From: an uncultured delta proteobacterium
GTDB taxonomy: Bacteria; Desulfobacterota; Binatia; Binatales; Binataceae
Assembly: GCA_963724765.1 (NCBI GenBank)
Contig: CAVRVY010000003.1
Location: 928,001-992,000 of the forward strand
Direction: 5' to 3'
Length of the DNA: 64,000 nucleotides
The position numbers and the translations under genes are program-made. Shown in pieces: positions 47,014 to 56,502 of this stretch. How positions within the stretch are numbered: the stretch's first letter is position 1; every line of letters begins with the position of its first letter. The notes under the pieces are model-generated. The model was not told the origin of the DNA. It ran no database searches and saw only the letters and a list, made by a program, of their open reading frames with translations.

Positions 47014-48093
47014 CTAAAACACCGGAATGATGTCGGCGGCCGTGATGTTGCCGACGTCGACGCCCTCGATATCGAGTTCCGGTATCGCTGGAAACTTGAT
47101 CCCCCAATCGCCCACCACCTTGCGGACTTTGGCGATCGCCATCCGCCAGTTCTCCGCCTGGTCGTCGTAGCTCAACACGCCGAGCCCGGCCTGCCGCGCG
47201 TACTGCATCAGCGCGCGATGGTTGGGCAGAAAGTACGGCGGCAGTTCCCAAAACATGTTGGGCGGCTCCCACAGGATCATCGAGAGAAACACGAAGCCCG
47301 CGCGCAACTGCTTGGTAATGAGGTTCTTGTAGTCCTCGGTCAGTCCCGGCCAATCGTCCTCGAGCATCTTGAGACAAATCGCCAGGTGGCGGCTCTCGTC
47401 CTGGCCGACCCGGGTGAAGACGCCCTTGAACACCGGCAGCGTGGTGCGCCGCGACATCCCGTAGAACAGCGTCGAGGCCGCGACCTCGCCGAGCAGGAAC
47501 GAAGTGAACAGCACCGAGAGCGGATACTTGTCGATCGAGTTTGAATAGCCGCGCCAGTAACGCGAGCCGTTATACGACAGCCACTGGAAATTGTTGAGCG
47601 CCGCGCGCTCGACCTCGGTGCGCGCCTCGAAGCGCAGCGGACCGCCCGGCACCAGCCGCTGAATCGCGCGCTGGCAGCACTCCTCGTGATTCATCTCGTC
47701 GTGGGTGACGCTGAAGAAACATTTGCGGATCGGATCTTCGGTGTGCAGCTCGTAGGAATGGATCATCGCCTTGGCGAAGACCGCCGGCCCCGAACCGTCG
47801 AAGACCGAGAGCACCGCGTACCAGTACATGATGCCCATGCGCTCTTCGGGCGTGAATTGCGCCGGGTCGAGTTGATCCCACGGCAGGTCCGAGGGGTTCC
47901 ACGCCGAGCGCTTGGCCTTCTCGTACAACGCCGCCAGCGGCTCGGTCTTGACCGGCCACTCCAGCGGAAAGATGTTGGGCTGCTCGATCTCGGGCGCCGG
48001 CTGAAGGCCGTCCTTGGGAATCATCAATGGTGGAATGACAAGATTCGATTTGCTCGAGCCGTTGCCCGGCTGTGCGGCCGCTGCTTTGGCCAT
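47014..48093 (-). CDS. Ferritin-like diiron protein
   Basis: Two ExxH motifs (DEMNH, DESRH) with intervening GE. Confidence 0.8.
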   Translation of the reverse strand: MAKAAAAQPGNGSSKSNLVIPPLMIPKDGLQPAPEIEQPNIFPLEWPVKTEPLAALYEKAKRSAWNPSDLPWDQLDPAQFTPEERMGIMYWYAVLSVFDGSGPAVFAKAMIHSYELHTEDPIRKCFFSVTHDEMNHEECCQRAIQRLVPGGPLRFEARTEVERAALNNFQWLSYNGSRYWRGYSNSIDKYPLSVLFTSFLLGEVAASTLFYGMSRRTTLPVFKGVFTRVGQDESRHLAICLKMLEDDWPGLTEDYKNLITKQLRAGFVFLSMILWEPPNMFWELPPYFLPNHRALMQYARQAGLGVLSYDDQAENWRMAIAKVRKVVGDWGIKFPAIPELDIEGVDVGNITAADIIPVF

Positions 48094-48116
48094 GGCCTGC
48101 GGACCTCCTGGGAAGC

Positions 48117-48138
48117 AAATCGACCGGACGGTCGATTT
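48117..48138. promoter_or_regulatory. Perfect palindromic operator, likely for the adjacent TetR
   Basis: AAATCGACCG-GA-CGGTCGATTT upstream of the diiron gene RBS. Confidence 0.75.
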
Positions 48139-48197
48139 AATTAAACATCGCGCAACTTCCCGCTTATGTCAAGAAGCGGCGCGGGCGCACGCACGCC

Positions 48198-48875
48198 TTA
48201 CCCCTGAGCGTCGCGCACGATGCCCTCGAAGACCAGCCGCGACACGGCTTCGGCGATCTGCTCGGGCTTGAGCCTGCCCTCGCGCCGATACCACTGCGTG
48301 ATCGAATTGCCCATTCCGAAGATGAGCCGGGTCAGCAGACCGGCGTCGAGGCCCACATGAATTTGCCCGGCCGCGGCTGCCTGCCTCGCCAGGACCGCGA
48401 CCTCGCGATCGAAGCGCCGCCGCCGCGCCATCGCCTGCCGCTCGGTCGGCGTATTACCCTTGACCCGCTGGAGCAACTCGACCTCCTGCACGAACTCGAG
48501 CGTGATGATCACGCTGCGGTATACGATATGCCGCAGACGCTCCAGCGGCGTGCCGCTTCTTGCGCCCGGTTCATCGAGCACGCCGAGCAGCCATTTGAAC
48601 CCGCGCTCCAGCGCGCGCGCCAGCAATTCCTCCTTGCCCGAGACGTGATAGTAGAGGCTCGACTTGGTAACGCCGGTTTCGCGCGCGACGTCTTCCATCG
48701 AGGCCGCTTCGTAGCCGTGGCGATTGAAGACGCGCACGGCGGCGTCGGTGACGGTTTCGATATCGTAGGGTGCGCGATGCTGCTTGGAGGGGCGGCCGAT
48801 TTTTCGCGCGCCGCCTGGCGCTCGATGAGCGCCGGCGGTTTTCGATCCCGCGGACGGTCGCGCCGGTCTTTTCAT
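48198..48875 (-). CDS. TetR-family regulator (PaaR-like)
   Basis: GYEAASMEDVA..GVTKSSLYYHVSGKEELL; C-terminal FGM.NS..WYR.G. Confidence 0.9.
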   Translation of the reverse strand: MKRPARPSAGSKTAGAHRAPGGARKIGRPSKQHRAPYDIETVTDAAVRVFNRHGYEAASMEDVARETGVTKSSLYYHVSGKEELLARALERGFKWLLGVLDEPGARSGTPLERLRHIVYRSVIITLEFVQEVELLQRVKGNTPTERQAMARRRRFDREVAVLARQAAAAGQIHVGLDAGLLTRLIFGMGNSITQWYRREGRLKPEQIAEAVSRLVFEGIVRDAQG

Positions 48876-48952
48876 AACATCGTCATAACGTCGTCATAAC
48901 ATTTGTCACGAGATCGTCATCGAGCGATCGTCGCCGGGAACACGGCGCTCGC

Positions 48953-49894
48953 TCAGGAGAGCGTGGAATGACCGCGCGCGGCTGCGCCGAGTGTCGCCGC
49001 CAGCGCGTTCAGGTCGTCGACGCCGTAGAATTCAATCTCGATACGGCCGGGCTTGCGGCCGCGCGCGCGCATGATCCGGACCTTGCGCTTGAGTCCGCGT
49101 TGCATCGCGTCGGCGAGCGCCGCCAGATTGGGATCTGTGTTAGAACCGCCCGCCGCCGCGCCGCGTATCGCACCGCCGCGCGCGCGCCGCGCCGCCCCGG
49201 CTAACTCCTCCGCGCCGCGCGCCGAAATCCGGCCCTCGACGATTCGCCGCGCGGCAAGGGTCTGCGCCTCGGCAGAGGCCATCGCGAGCAATGGGCGCGC
49301 CTGACCGGCGCTGAGCTCGCTCCGCTCGATCATCTCGAGCACCGCCGGCGCCAGATCGAGCAGCCGGATCGCGTTGCTCACGTACGGGCGGCTCTTGCCA
49401 ATTCGCGCTGCCACCTGATCGTGGCTCATGGCGAAACTACGGGCCAGCCGCTCGAAGCCGTGCGCTTCGTCGACCGGGTTCAAGTCCTCGCGCATTAGGT
49501 TTTCGACCAGCGACATCTCGAGCGCCGCGTGATCGTCGAGCTCACGTATAACGATCGGCACCACGCTGAGGCCCGCGATACGCGCCGCACGCCATCGGCG
49601 CTCGCCGGCCACCAGCTCGTAGCGGACGGCTGCGCCATCGGCCGCCGGGGCCGGCCGCACTACCAACGGTTCGATGATTCCCTGGCTACGAATCGCTTGC
49701 GCCAGCTCCTGGAGCCGCGCGGAATCGAAATGGCGGCGCGGCTGGAGCGGGCTCGGCATGATCTGATCAAGCTCGACGCTCAGGACCCCGGGGCCGTCCA
49801 TGCTTGCTCGCGCCGGCGACGAATCAACCGCCAGCGCGCCGTCGGTGCTCTCGATAAGCGCGTCGAGTCCGCGTCCCAACCCCCTGCGTATCAT
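48953..49894 (-). CDS. parB: Chromosome partition protein ParB
   Basis: GLGRGLDAL, QPRR.F, AGERRWRA, ENLMREDLNP. Confidence 0.95.
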   Translation of the reverse strand: MIRRGLGRGLDALIESTDGALAVDSSPARASMDGPGVLSVELDQIMPSPLQPRRHFDSARLQELAQAIRSQGIIEPLVVRPAPAADGAAVRYELVAGERRWRAARIAGLSVVPIVIRELDDHAALEMSLVENLMREDLNPVDEAHGFERLARSFAMSHDQVAARIGKSRPYVSNAIRLLDLAPAVLEMIERSELSAGQARPLLAMASAEAQTLAARRIVEGRISARGAEELAGAARRARGGAIRGAAAGGSNTDPNLAALADAMQRGLKRKVRIMRARGRKPGRIEIEFYGVDDLNALAATLGAAARGHSTLS

Positions 49895-50796
49895 CCGCTC
49901 CTCCTCTCGCGCTCTGCGGAGCGCGCGAAGATGCTCCGCAGATTCCATATTGTGCGCCGCGGCGCTCCCCCGTTCGTAACCTCTTCCGGTGCGCCCTCGC
50001 CTGCGCTTTCAACCGTGGGACGCGCGACCGCCTGCGGCGAGCCGACCCGTTCCAGCAATTCGAGCGCGAGCAGGCGGTAGGCCTCGGCGCCAACCGACTT
50101 CGGATCGTGCTCGATGACCGCCAAGCCATGGCTGGGGCTCTCAGAGATCCGCACGTTGCGCGGGATTACGGTTTGGAAGATGCGCTCGGGAAAATGCTTG
50201 TTGACCTCGAGCGAGATCTCGTGGCTAAGCCGATTACGCGGGTCGAACATCGTGAGCACTACGCCCATCAGTTCAAGCTCGGGATTGAGCGCCGTCTTGA
50301 CCCGGCGAATCGTGGCAAGCAGCGAACTCAAGCCCTCCAGCGCGTAGTACTCGCACTGCATCGGCACCAGCACGGAATCGGCAGCGACCAAGGCGTTAAG
50401 TGTGAGCAGGCCGAGCGACGGTGGTGTATCGATTAGAATGAAGTTATATTTATGCGATTCTTCTTGCAGCTCAGACTTTAATCGACGCTCGCGACCTTCC
50501 ATCGTCGCAAGTTCGATTTCCGCCCCGACAAGGTCCGTGCTCGAAGGCGCGAGATAAAGCGACGGGCGCGACTCGCGGACGACTTGAGCGATCGGAGTGC
50601 GGCTCACGAGAGAATCGTAGATTGTGGCGGACTTAATCGGCTCGGGCGTCAATCCCGAGCTTGCGTTTCCCTGCGGGTCGAGATCGATGAGGAGTACGCG
50701 CCGCCCCGATTGCGCCAGCGCGACGGCGAGATTGACGGCGGTAGTCGTCTTGCCGACACCACCCTTCTGATTGGCGATCGCTACGATGCGCCCCAC
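49891..50796 (-). CDS. parA: Chromosome partition ATPase ParA/Soj
   Basis: NQKGGVGKTT, DLDPQGNA, DTPPSLG, QCEYYALEG. Confidence 0.95.
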   Translation of the reverse strand: MGRIVAIANQKGGVGKTTTAVNLAVALAQSGRRVLLIDLDPQGNASSGLTPEPIKSATIYDSLVSRTPIAQVVRESRPSLYLAPSSTDLVGAEIELATMEGRERRLKSELQEESHKYNFILIDTPPSLGLLTLNALVAADSVLVPMQCEYYALEGLSSLLATIRRVKTALNPELELMGVVLTMFDPRNRLSHEISLEVNKHFPERIFQTVIPRNVRISESPSHGLAVIEHDPKSVGAEAYRLLALELLERVGSPQAVARPTVESAGEGAPEEVTNGGAPRRTIWNLRSIFARSAERERRSG

Positions 50797-50931
50797 AGCC
50801 AGCCCAACCACCTTGAGACGTAGGCACAAATTACGTTCGTTGCACCCCGCTCCAACTCGATGATTGCACCGTGACGATCATAATGCAAAAGCAGATCGTG
50901 GTAGCTGGTTAATCATCGATTTAGTGGCGTT

Positions 50932-51681
50932 TCAGAGATTGGTTGACGCAAGCGGAGGTTTGCGCCTGAGCACGGCTGTGCGAGTTGCGACACGCTCGTC
51001 ATGCGGCAATCGATACGTCCACGCCACCGGCTCGGCAAACTGCTTAGCGTGCGCTCGGGAATCATCGAGGGACTCCACGCGCACCTGACCTGAATTCGCA
51101 TCCAGCACTTGGTCAGCGCTCGCATAAAGGAGAAGGATACCGCCAGGACGCAGAGCGGCGGCTGCTATTTCGTAAAGCTCTATCGAAGTTCCGAAGGCGC
51201 GCGCCGTCACGAGATGGTAAGAGCCGCCGGCGATGCTTCCCGCGCTCGCGCGGCGCTGCTCGATTGCGACATTCATGAGGTCCATCTCATGCGCCGCGAC
51301 TTCCAGGTAGCTCGCCCTCTTGCGTCGAGCTTCGACCAGTGTGAATCGCGCCGCGAAGGCGGCCGCGAGCACGAGTCCGGGGAAGCCGGCACCGGAACCG
51401 AGGTCAAGCACTGTGCCGCCTTCAGCAAGCGCCGCTTCGAGCGCCTCGCGATTTGCGCCCCCGGCGCATGCGATCGGCGCGAGACTGTCTATTATGTGGA
51501 AGGCAATCTCGGCCGGATCGGACGCGTCGGCGGTCAAATTGGTATGCGTACCCCACAGGGCCAGAGTTGCGGCCATCTTTTCGATCCGTTCGAGGAAGCC
51601 TTCGCGCGGATGCAGCGTCGTTTCGCTGATCCATTGCGCGACCCGCTCGCGCACATCGTTGGCGATCTTTTCGGGATTCAA
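50932..51681 (-). CDS. rsmG: 16S rRNA m7G527 methyltransferase
   Basis: NLTA, HIIDSL, DLGSGAGFPG, ARAF. Confidence 0.92.
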   Translation of the reverse strand: MNPEKIANDVRERVAQWISETTLHPREGFLERIEKMAATLALWGTHTNLTADASDPAEIAFHIIDSLAPIACAGGANREALEAALAEGGTVLDLGSGAGFPGLVLAAAFAARFTLVEARRKRASYLEVAAHEMDLMNVAIEQRRASAGSIAGGSYHLVTARAFGTSIELYEIAAAALRPGGILLLYASADQVLDANSGQVRVESLDDSRAHAKQFAEPVAWTYRLPHDERVATRTAVLRRKPPLASTNL

Positions 51682-51718
51682 TGGTCAAGGCCGCACGCGG
51701 CGCGCCTGTTTGGTCTTT

Positions 51719-51734
51719 TGTTTCACGTGAAACA
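51719..51734. promoter_or_regulatory. parS site
   Basis: TGTTTCACGTGAAACA, the consensus. Confidence 0.95.
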
Positions 51735-51766
51735 CGCTAAAGCTCGAAGGCTGACGAAGCTTTGGC

Positions 51767-51782
51767 CGTTTCACGTGAAACG
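51767..51782. promoter_or_regulatory. parS site
   Basis: CGTTTCACGTGAAACG. Confidence 0.9.
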
Positions 51783-51792
51783 TCGAAGTAGA

Positions 51793-53688
51793 TCAGAAAT
51801 CTCCGGAGTCACGAGCCGCATCCGAGGCGCGGTCCCGGCGACTCTTCATATGGAACGCGATGAGCGAAATCGCCGCCGGTGTAATCCCGGGCATCCGCGC
51901 CGCCTGGCCGAGCGACCGCGGCCGCACGCTGAGCAACCGCTCGCGAACCTCGGTGGAAAGGCCGCTCACAGCAGAATAATCAACCCATTGCGGGATGACC
52001 GCGTCTTCCAGGCGCTTGAAGCGGTCGACCATCTCGGCTTGCCGCCTGACGTAGCCTTCGTATTTGACGTCGATCTCGAGTTGTGCCGCTTCGTCAGTGT
52101 CGAGGCCCTGCGTCAGACCCGCCATCGCGAGCACCGCGGCATACGAGACTTCCGGCCGCTTCAGCAGCTCGAAAGCGCGCGCCGGATGCGCGATTGGCGT
52201 CGATCCGCAAGCAACCAGCATCGCGTTGACCGCCTCGCTTGCCGCAACGAGCGCATCCGCAAGCCGCGCGACCTCGCGCTTCACTCGCTCGTCCTTGGTT
52301 CGCAAGCGCTCGCCGGCCGCCGCGCTGAGCAAGCCGAGGCGTTCTCCGATTGGCGTGAGCCGCCGGTCGGCGTTGTCTTCGCGCAGCAGCAGCCGGTACT
52401 CGGCGCGCGAGGTGAATATGCGATACGGCTCGCCGCCAATTCCGCGCGTCACCAGGTCGTCGATCATCACGCCTATATAGGCCTCGTCGCGCCTCAGGAT
52501 CAGCGGCGATTCGCCCCGGACCTTCAGCGCGGCATTGATTCCTGCCATCAGACCCTGCGCGCCGGCCTCCTCGTAGCCGGTGGTGCCGTTGATCTGGCCG
52601 GCGAAGAAAAGCCCCTCGACCAACTTGGTCTCAAGCGACGGCTGCAACTGGGTGGGATCGGAAAAGTCGTACTCGATCGCGTAGCCGGGACGCATAATTT
52701 CCGCGCGCTCCAACCCCCTTATCGACCGCACCATCGCAAGCTGCACGTCCAGCGGCAGGCTGGTCGAGAGCCCGTTGGGATAAACCTCCATCGTGTCGCG
52801 CCCCTCGGGTTCGAGAAAAATCTGATGGCGCTCCTTGTCGCGAAAGCGCATCACCTTGTCCTCGACCGACGGGCAGTAGCGCGGACCGCGGCTCTGAATC
52901 ACCCCGGAGTACATCGGCGAGCGGTCGATTCCGCCGCGGATAATCTCGTGCGTCAGCCTGTTGGTGTAGGTGAGATGGCACGCAATCTGATTCTGTTCGA
53001 TCCGCGCGGTGCGAAACGAGAAGGGCGGTGGTGGATCATCACCCGGCTGGAGCTCGAGTTCGGAGTAGTCGATACTGCGGCTGTCCAGGCGCGGGCAGGT
53101 GCCGGTCTTCAAGCGTCCAACGCGAAAGCCGAGTTGCGCCAGATGCTCGCTCAAGCCCATCGCGGCGAAGTCGCCCGCGCGCCCCGCCGAGTAATTCTTG
53201 AGCCCGATATGGACCAGGCCCTTAAGGAACGTGCCGGTGGTCAAAATCACGCATTCGGCCTCGAAAATCTCGCCGATTTGCGGTTCAACCCCGCGCACGC
53301 GCCCGCCCTCGACCAGCAAACGCTCGACGCTGGCCTGGCGAATCGTCAGGTTCGGCGTGGTCTCGAGCACGCGCTTCATCCGCGCGCGGTAGGCGGCTTT
53401 GTCGGCCTGGGCGCGTCGCGCGCGCACGGCCGGTCCTTTGCGCGTGTTGAGGAAGCGGAACTGGATCCCGGTCTCGTCGATCGCGAGCGCCATCTCGCCG
53501 CCCAGCGCATCGATCTCGCGCACCAGATGGCCCTTGCCGATCCCGCCAATCGCCGGATTGCACGACATCTGGCCGATATGGTCGAGGTTGAGCGTCAGCA
53601 TCAGGGTCGGAACCCCCATCCGGGCCGCGGCCAGGGAGGCCTCGATTCCGGCATGGCCGGCGCCAACGACGATTACACCGAAATTCAT
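51793..53688 (-). CDS. mnmG: tRNA U34 modification enzyme GidA
   Basis: VVGAGHAG, MSCNPAIGG, GPRYCPS, AGQINGTTGYEEA. Confidence 0.97.
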   Translation of the reverse strand: MNFGVIVVGAGHAGIEASLAAARMGVPTLMLTLNLDHIGQMSCNPAIGGIGKGHLVREIDALGGEMALAIDETGIQFRFLNTRKGPAVRARRAQADKAAYRARMKRVLETTPNLTIRQASVERLLVEGGRVRGVEPQIGEIFEAECVILTTGTFLKGLVHIGLKNYSAGRAGDFAAMGLSEHLAQLGFRVGRLKTGTCPRLDSRSIDYSELELQPGDDPPPPFSFRTARIEQNQIACHLTYTNRLTHEIIRGGIDRSPMYSGVIQSRGPRYCPSVEDKVMRFRDKERHQIFLEPEGRDTMEVYPNGLSTSLPLDVQLAMVRSIRGLERAEIMRPGYAIEYDFSDPTQLQPSLETKLVEGLFFAGQINGTTGYEEAGAQGLMAGINAALKVRGESPLILRRDEAYIGVMIDDLVTRGIGGEPYRIFTSRAEYRLLLREDNADRRLTPIGERLGLLSAAAGERLRTKDERVKREVARLADALVAASEAVNAMLVACGSTPIAHPARAFELLKRPEVSYAAVLAMAGLTQGLDTDEAAQLEIDVKYEGYVRRQAEMVDRFKRLEDAVIPQWVDYSAVSGLSTEVRERLLSVRPRSLGQAARMPGITPAAISLIAFHMKSRRDRASDAARDSGDF

Positions 53689-53813
53689 AGAGGACCGGAT
53701 TATGGCGCGCATGACGCGCTGGGCCAAGCGCTCCAGGATCGACCTTGTCTCTTTGAAGACCAGTCTTTGTTTACCTGGAGGATCGGCCTCGGTCTACTCA
53801 TTGTAGTAAAACA

Positions 53814-55196
53814 CTACTTTCCGATACAGAACTCGCGGAACACCGCGTCGAGCACGTCCTCGGTGCCGACCTCGCCGGTAAGCGCGCCCAGGGCCTCGGC
53901 GGCGGCCGCAGCGTCGACCGCGACGATTTCGGGCGGCATCCCGGAAAGCGCGCTCGCGCGAGCGCTCCCGATCGCTTCCAGAGCCTTCGCGAGCGCCTCA
54001 CGATGGCGCTCGCGGGAAATCGCGACGCCGTCGTCCGGGCCGCCGGCGGCCAGGGCCTCGACCGCGCGCGCAAGCTCGTCTCGAAGCGCCGGCGTACCGT
54101 CGGCGTTGAGCGCCGAGAACCGCAGCACCGGCATTCCCAGGCCCCGCTCCAAAAGATCGGCGGGCGCGAGCGCGGTAGGATTCAGGTCGGCCTTGTTGAG
54201 CAGGGCGACGCCGGCGCGCCCCGCGCAAAGCGCGAGCACCCGCGCGTCGTCGTCCTCAAACGGGCGCGAGGAGTCGAAGACCGCGATCAGCAGGTCGGCT
54301 TCCGCGACGCTACGCATCGTGCGCCCGATCCCGATGCGCTCGACCTCGTCGCCCGCCTCGCGAACCCCCGCGGTATCTTGAAGCACCAGCGGCCAGGGGC
54401 CCAGCGCCACCGATTCCTCGATAAGGTCGCGCGTGGTGCCAGGCGTCGCGGTCACGATAGCCCGGTCGGCCCCGAGCAACAGGTTAAGCAAGCTGGACTT
54501 GCCGGCGTTGGGCTTTCCCACGATGGCGGCGCGGGCGCCGTCGCGCGCCAAGCGCCCGCGCCTGAAGCTGTCATGCAACAGCGCGACGTCGTCGGCCAGA
54601 CGGGCGAGGTCCGCGGCGATTTCCTTGCGTCCAGGCAGGTTTAGCCCCTCATCGGCAAAGTCGATCTCGGCCTCCAGGTGAGCCCGGATGGCGATCACGC
54701 CGATGCGCAACTGTCCCACCCGTTGCGCCAATGCACCGCTAAGTTGCGCTAAAACCTGCTGAAGTGCGCTTTCGCTACGTACGTCTATCAGATCCGCAAC
54801 CGCCTCAGCCTCGGTCAAATCGATGCGGCCGTTCAGGAAGGCGCGGCGGCTGAACTCGCCCGGCTCGGCCATCCTGGCCCCGGCGGCCATCGCCAACCCC
54901 AGCACCCTGCGGACGATATATGGCCCGCCGTGACAGTGGAATTCTACGACATCTTCGCCCGTGAGGCTCGCCGGACCGGGCATCAAGACGCACATCGCGC
55001 GGTCGATGACGGCATCGGTCTGTGGGTCGCGAATCTCGCCGAGGGCAAGACGTCGCGGGCGCAGCGCCGCCGGGCTGTGTGGATGCCATAACAGCGTGGC
55101 GATCTGCGTCGCATGACCGCCCGAAAGTCGCACGATCGCAACGGCGCCTTTGCCTGGAGGCGTGGCCGGCGCGACGATAGTATCCTCGGCGTACAT
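53814..55196 (-). CDS. mnmE: tRNA modification GTPase TrmE
   Basis: DTIVAPATP, GKPNAGKSS, GTTRD, DTAG, NKAD, FCIGK. Confidence 0.96.
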   Translation of the reverse strand: MYAEDTIVAPATPPGKGAVAIVRLSGGHATQIATLLWHPHSPAALRPRRLALGEIRDPQTDAVIDRAMCVLMPGPASLTGEDVVEFHCHGGPYIVRRVLGLAMAAGARMAEPGEFSRRAFLNGRIDLTEAEAVADLIDVRSESALQQVLAQLSGALAQRVGQLRIGVIAIRAHLEAEIDFADEGLNLPGRKEIAADLARLADDVALLHDSFRRGRLARDGARAAIVGKPNAGKSSLLNLLLGADRAIVTATPGTTRDLIEESVALGPWPLVLQDTAGVREAGDEVERIGIGRTMRSVAEADLLIAVFDSSRPFEDDDARVLALCAGRAGVALLNKADLNPTALAPADLLERGLGMPVLRFSALNADGTPALRDELARAVEALAAGGPDDGVAISRERHREALAKALEAIGSARASALSGMPPEIVAVDAAAAAEALGALTGEVGTEDVLDAVFREFCIGK

Positions 55197-55322
55197 CGGA
55201 ACTTGCGCGGACTGCCGCCCATGGGGGCGCGGAAGGTCCTTCGCGCCGGTATTGTCCAGCCCCAGCGCGCGAGATGGAAGCGACGGCCTGACTTTAGCCT
55301 CATCTCGATTTTGGTATATCTC

Positions 55323-55427
55323 ATGGACATGCTCATCGCAGCTCATGCGATGCGTGAGAAGGTCGCGCTGGTGAAGCGTAACCAGTCCGAGTTTCGCCGG
55401 GTCGTGGGCCTCAGACTCGAAAACTAG
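55323..55427 (+). pseudogene. VapC (PIN toxin) C-terminal remnant
   Basis: MDMLIAAHAMREKVALVKRNQSEFRRVVGLRLEN* matches D.LIAAHA....LVT.N..EF.RV.GL..ENW. Confidence 0.75.
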
Positions 55428-55623
55428 GCGGACACTAGTACCTGAGCCCTGACGCTTCAGGTAGGCGAGTCTTCCCCCCCCCGATAGGCTTGCCCGCGCG
55501 GCGTCCGTATGGTTCCATGGCTTGTTCAGCGTGAGGCCCGCGCCTCTTCGTGGAACAAGTGGAAAAATCAAAACATGGTGGGCTCGGCACGAGCCGACAT
55601 TTGGCCGCTTTTGGCCGCAGGCG

Positions 55624-55782
55624 ATGAAAAGGACTTATCAACCGCACAACCGCCGCCGTTTACGGACGCACGGATTCATGGCGCGCATGGCCACGCCGGG
55701 CGGAAGAAACATTCTCAGACGCCGCCGCGCCAAGGGGCGCGTGCGCCTGACCATAACCATTCCTCCCAAGCAGCCCGGCTAG
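55624..55782 (+). CDS. rpmH: 50S ribosomal protein L34
   Basis: MKRTYQP...HGFMARM...RRRAKGR. Confidence 0.97.
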   Translation: MKRTYQPHNRRRLRTHGFMARMATPGGRNILRRRRAKGRVRLTITIPPKQPG

Positions 55783-55802
55783 ACCGGCGGCGGCCCGCCG
55801 TC

Positions 55803-56210
55803 TTGAGCGCCAGTTCTGCGGGATTCGGCGCGGCCGATCGGCTGCGCAAATCCGGAGAATTCCTTCAGCTCCAGCGGCGCGGCGCACGACATCAGAGCGG
55901 ACATTTCGTGCTCTACGGACTCGGCGGCGCCTCGGACGAGCGCTCGCGGCTGGGAATCACGGTTTCGCGCCGGGTGGGCAACGCGGTGGTTCGCAACCTG
56001 CTCAAGCGCCGCGTGCGCGAGTGCTACAGGCTTAGACTGCGGGCGATGTTGCCGGCGGGAGTGGCGATGGTGGTAATCGCGCGCAAGGGCGCCGGGGAAC
56101 TGAAGTGGATGGCGATCGACGCCGAACTCCTCGACAGTGTCGCCAATCTCCGGCGCAAGCTCGATAGCCATATCAAACCCCGATCCGGGACAGAGCGCGG
56201 CCGTGATTGA
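55803..56210 (+). CDS. rnpA: RNase P protein component
   Basis: [22 protein letters not shown]. Confidence 0.93.
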   Translation: MSASSAGFGAADRLRKSGEFLQLQRRGARHQSGHFVLYGLGGASDERSRLGITVSRRVGNAVVRNLLKRRVRECYRLRLRAMLPAGVAMVVIARKGAGELKWMAIDAELLDSVANLRRKLDSHIKPRSGTERGRD

Positions 56211-56493
56211 GGCCGTGAAGAGGCGGCTTCGCGCCGTGGCAATCGCGACCGCTCTGGGCGCCGTCGCAGCCTATCGCTGGTTGATCTCGCCGCTGCTGGT
56301 GGCGACGGCGGGCCCCGCCTGCCGCTTCGATCCGACCTGCTCCGAATACGCGCATCAGGCCCTGGCCACCCATGGCCTCGGCCGTGGTCTTCACCTTATC
56401 CTGCGCCGTCTTTTGCGATGCCGTCCGATGGGCGGATGGGGTTACGACCCCGTGCCAGCAGCGCATCCGGCACAAGGCCCACAGCATCCCTGA
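56203..56493 (+). CDS. yidD: Membrane protein insertion efficiency factor
   Basis: [22 protein letters not shown]. Confidence 0.93.
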   Translation: MIEAVKRRLRAVAIATALGAVAAYRWLISPLLVATAGPACRFDPTCSEYAHQALATHGLGRGLHLILRRLLRCRPMGGWGYDPVPAAHPAQGPQHP

Positions 56494-56502
56494 AGGAGCA
56501 AT

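Noticed and set aside
50857-50919. Imperfect long inverted repeat between rsmG and parA
   Set aside because: TCGATGATT/AATCATCGA with inner ACGATC/GATCGT is real, but there is no evidence for function
51109-54381. 1090-aa + strand ORF
   Set aside because: Antisense shadow of rsmG/mnmG/mnmE, typical of high-GC DNA; no motifs
55197-55623. oriC upstream of rpmH
   Set aside because: No DnaA-box cluster or AT-rich unwinding element seen; contains a vapC fragment instead
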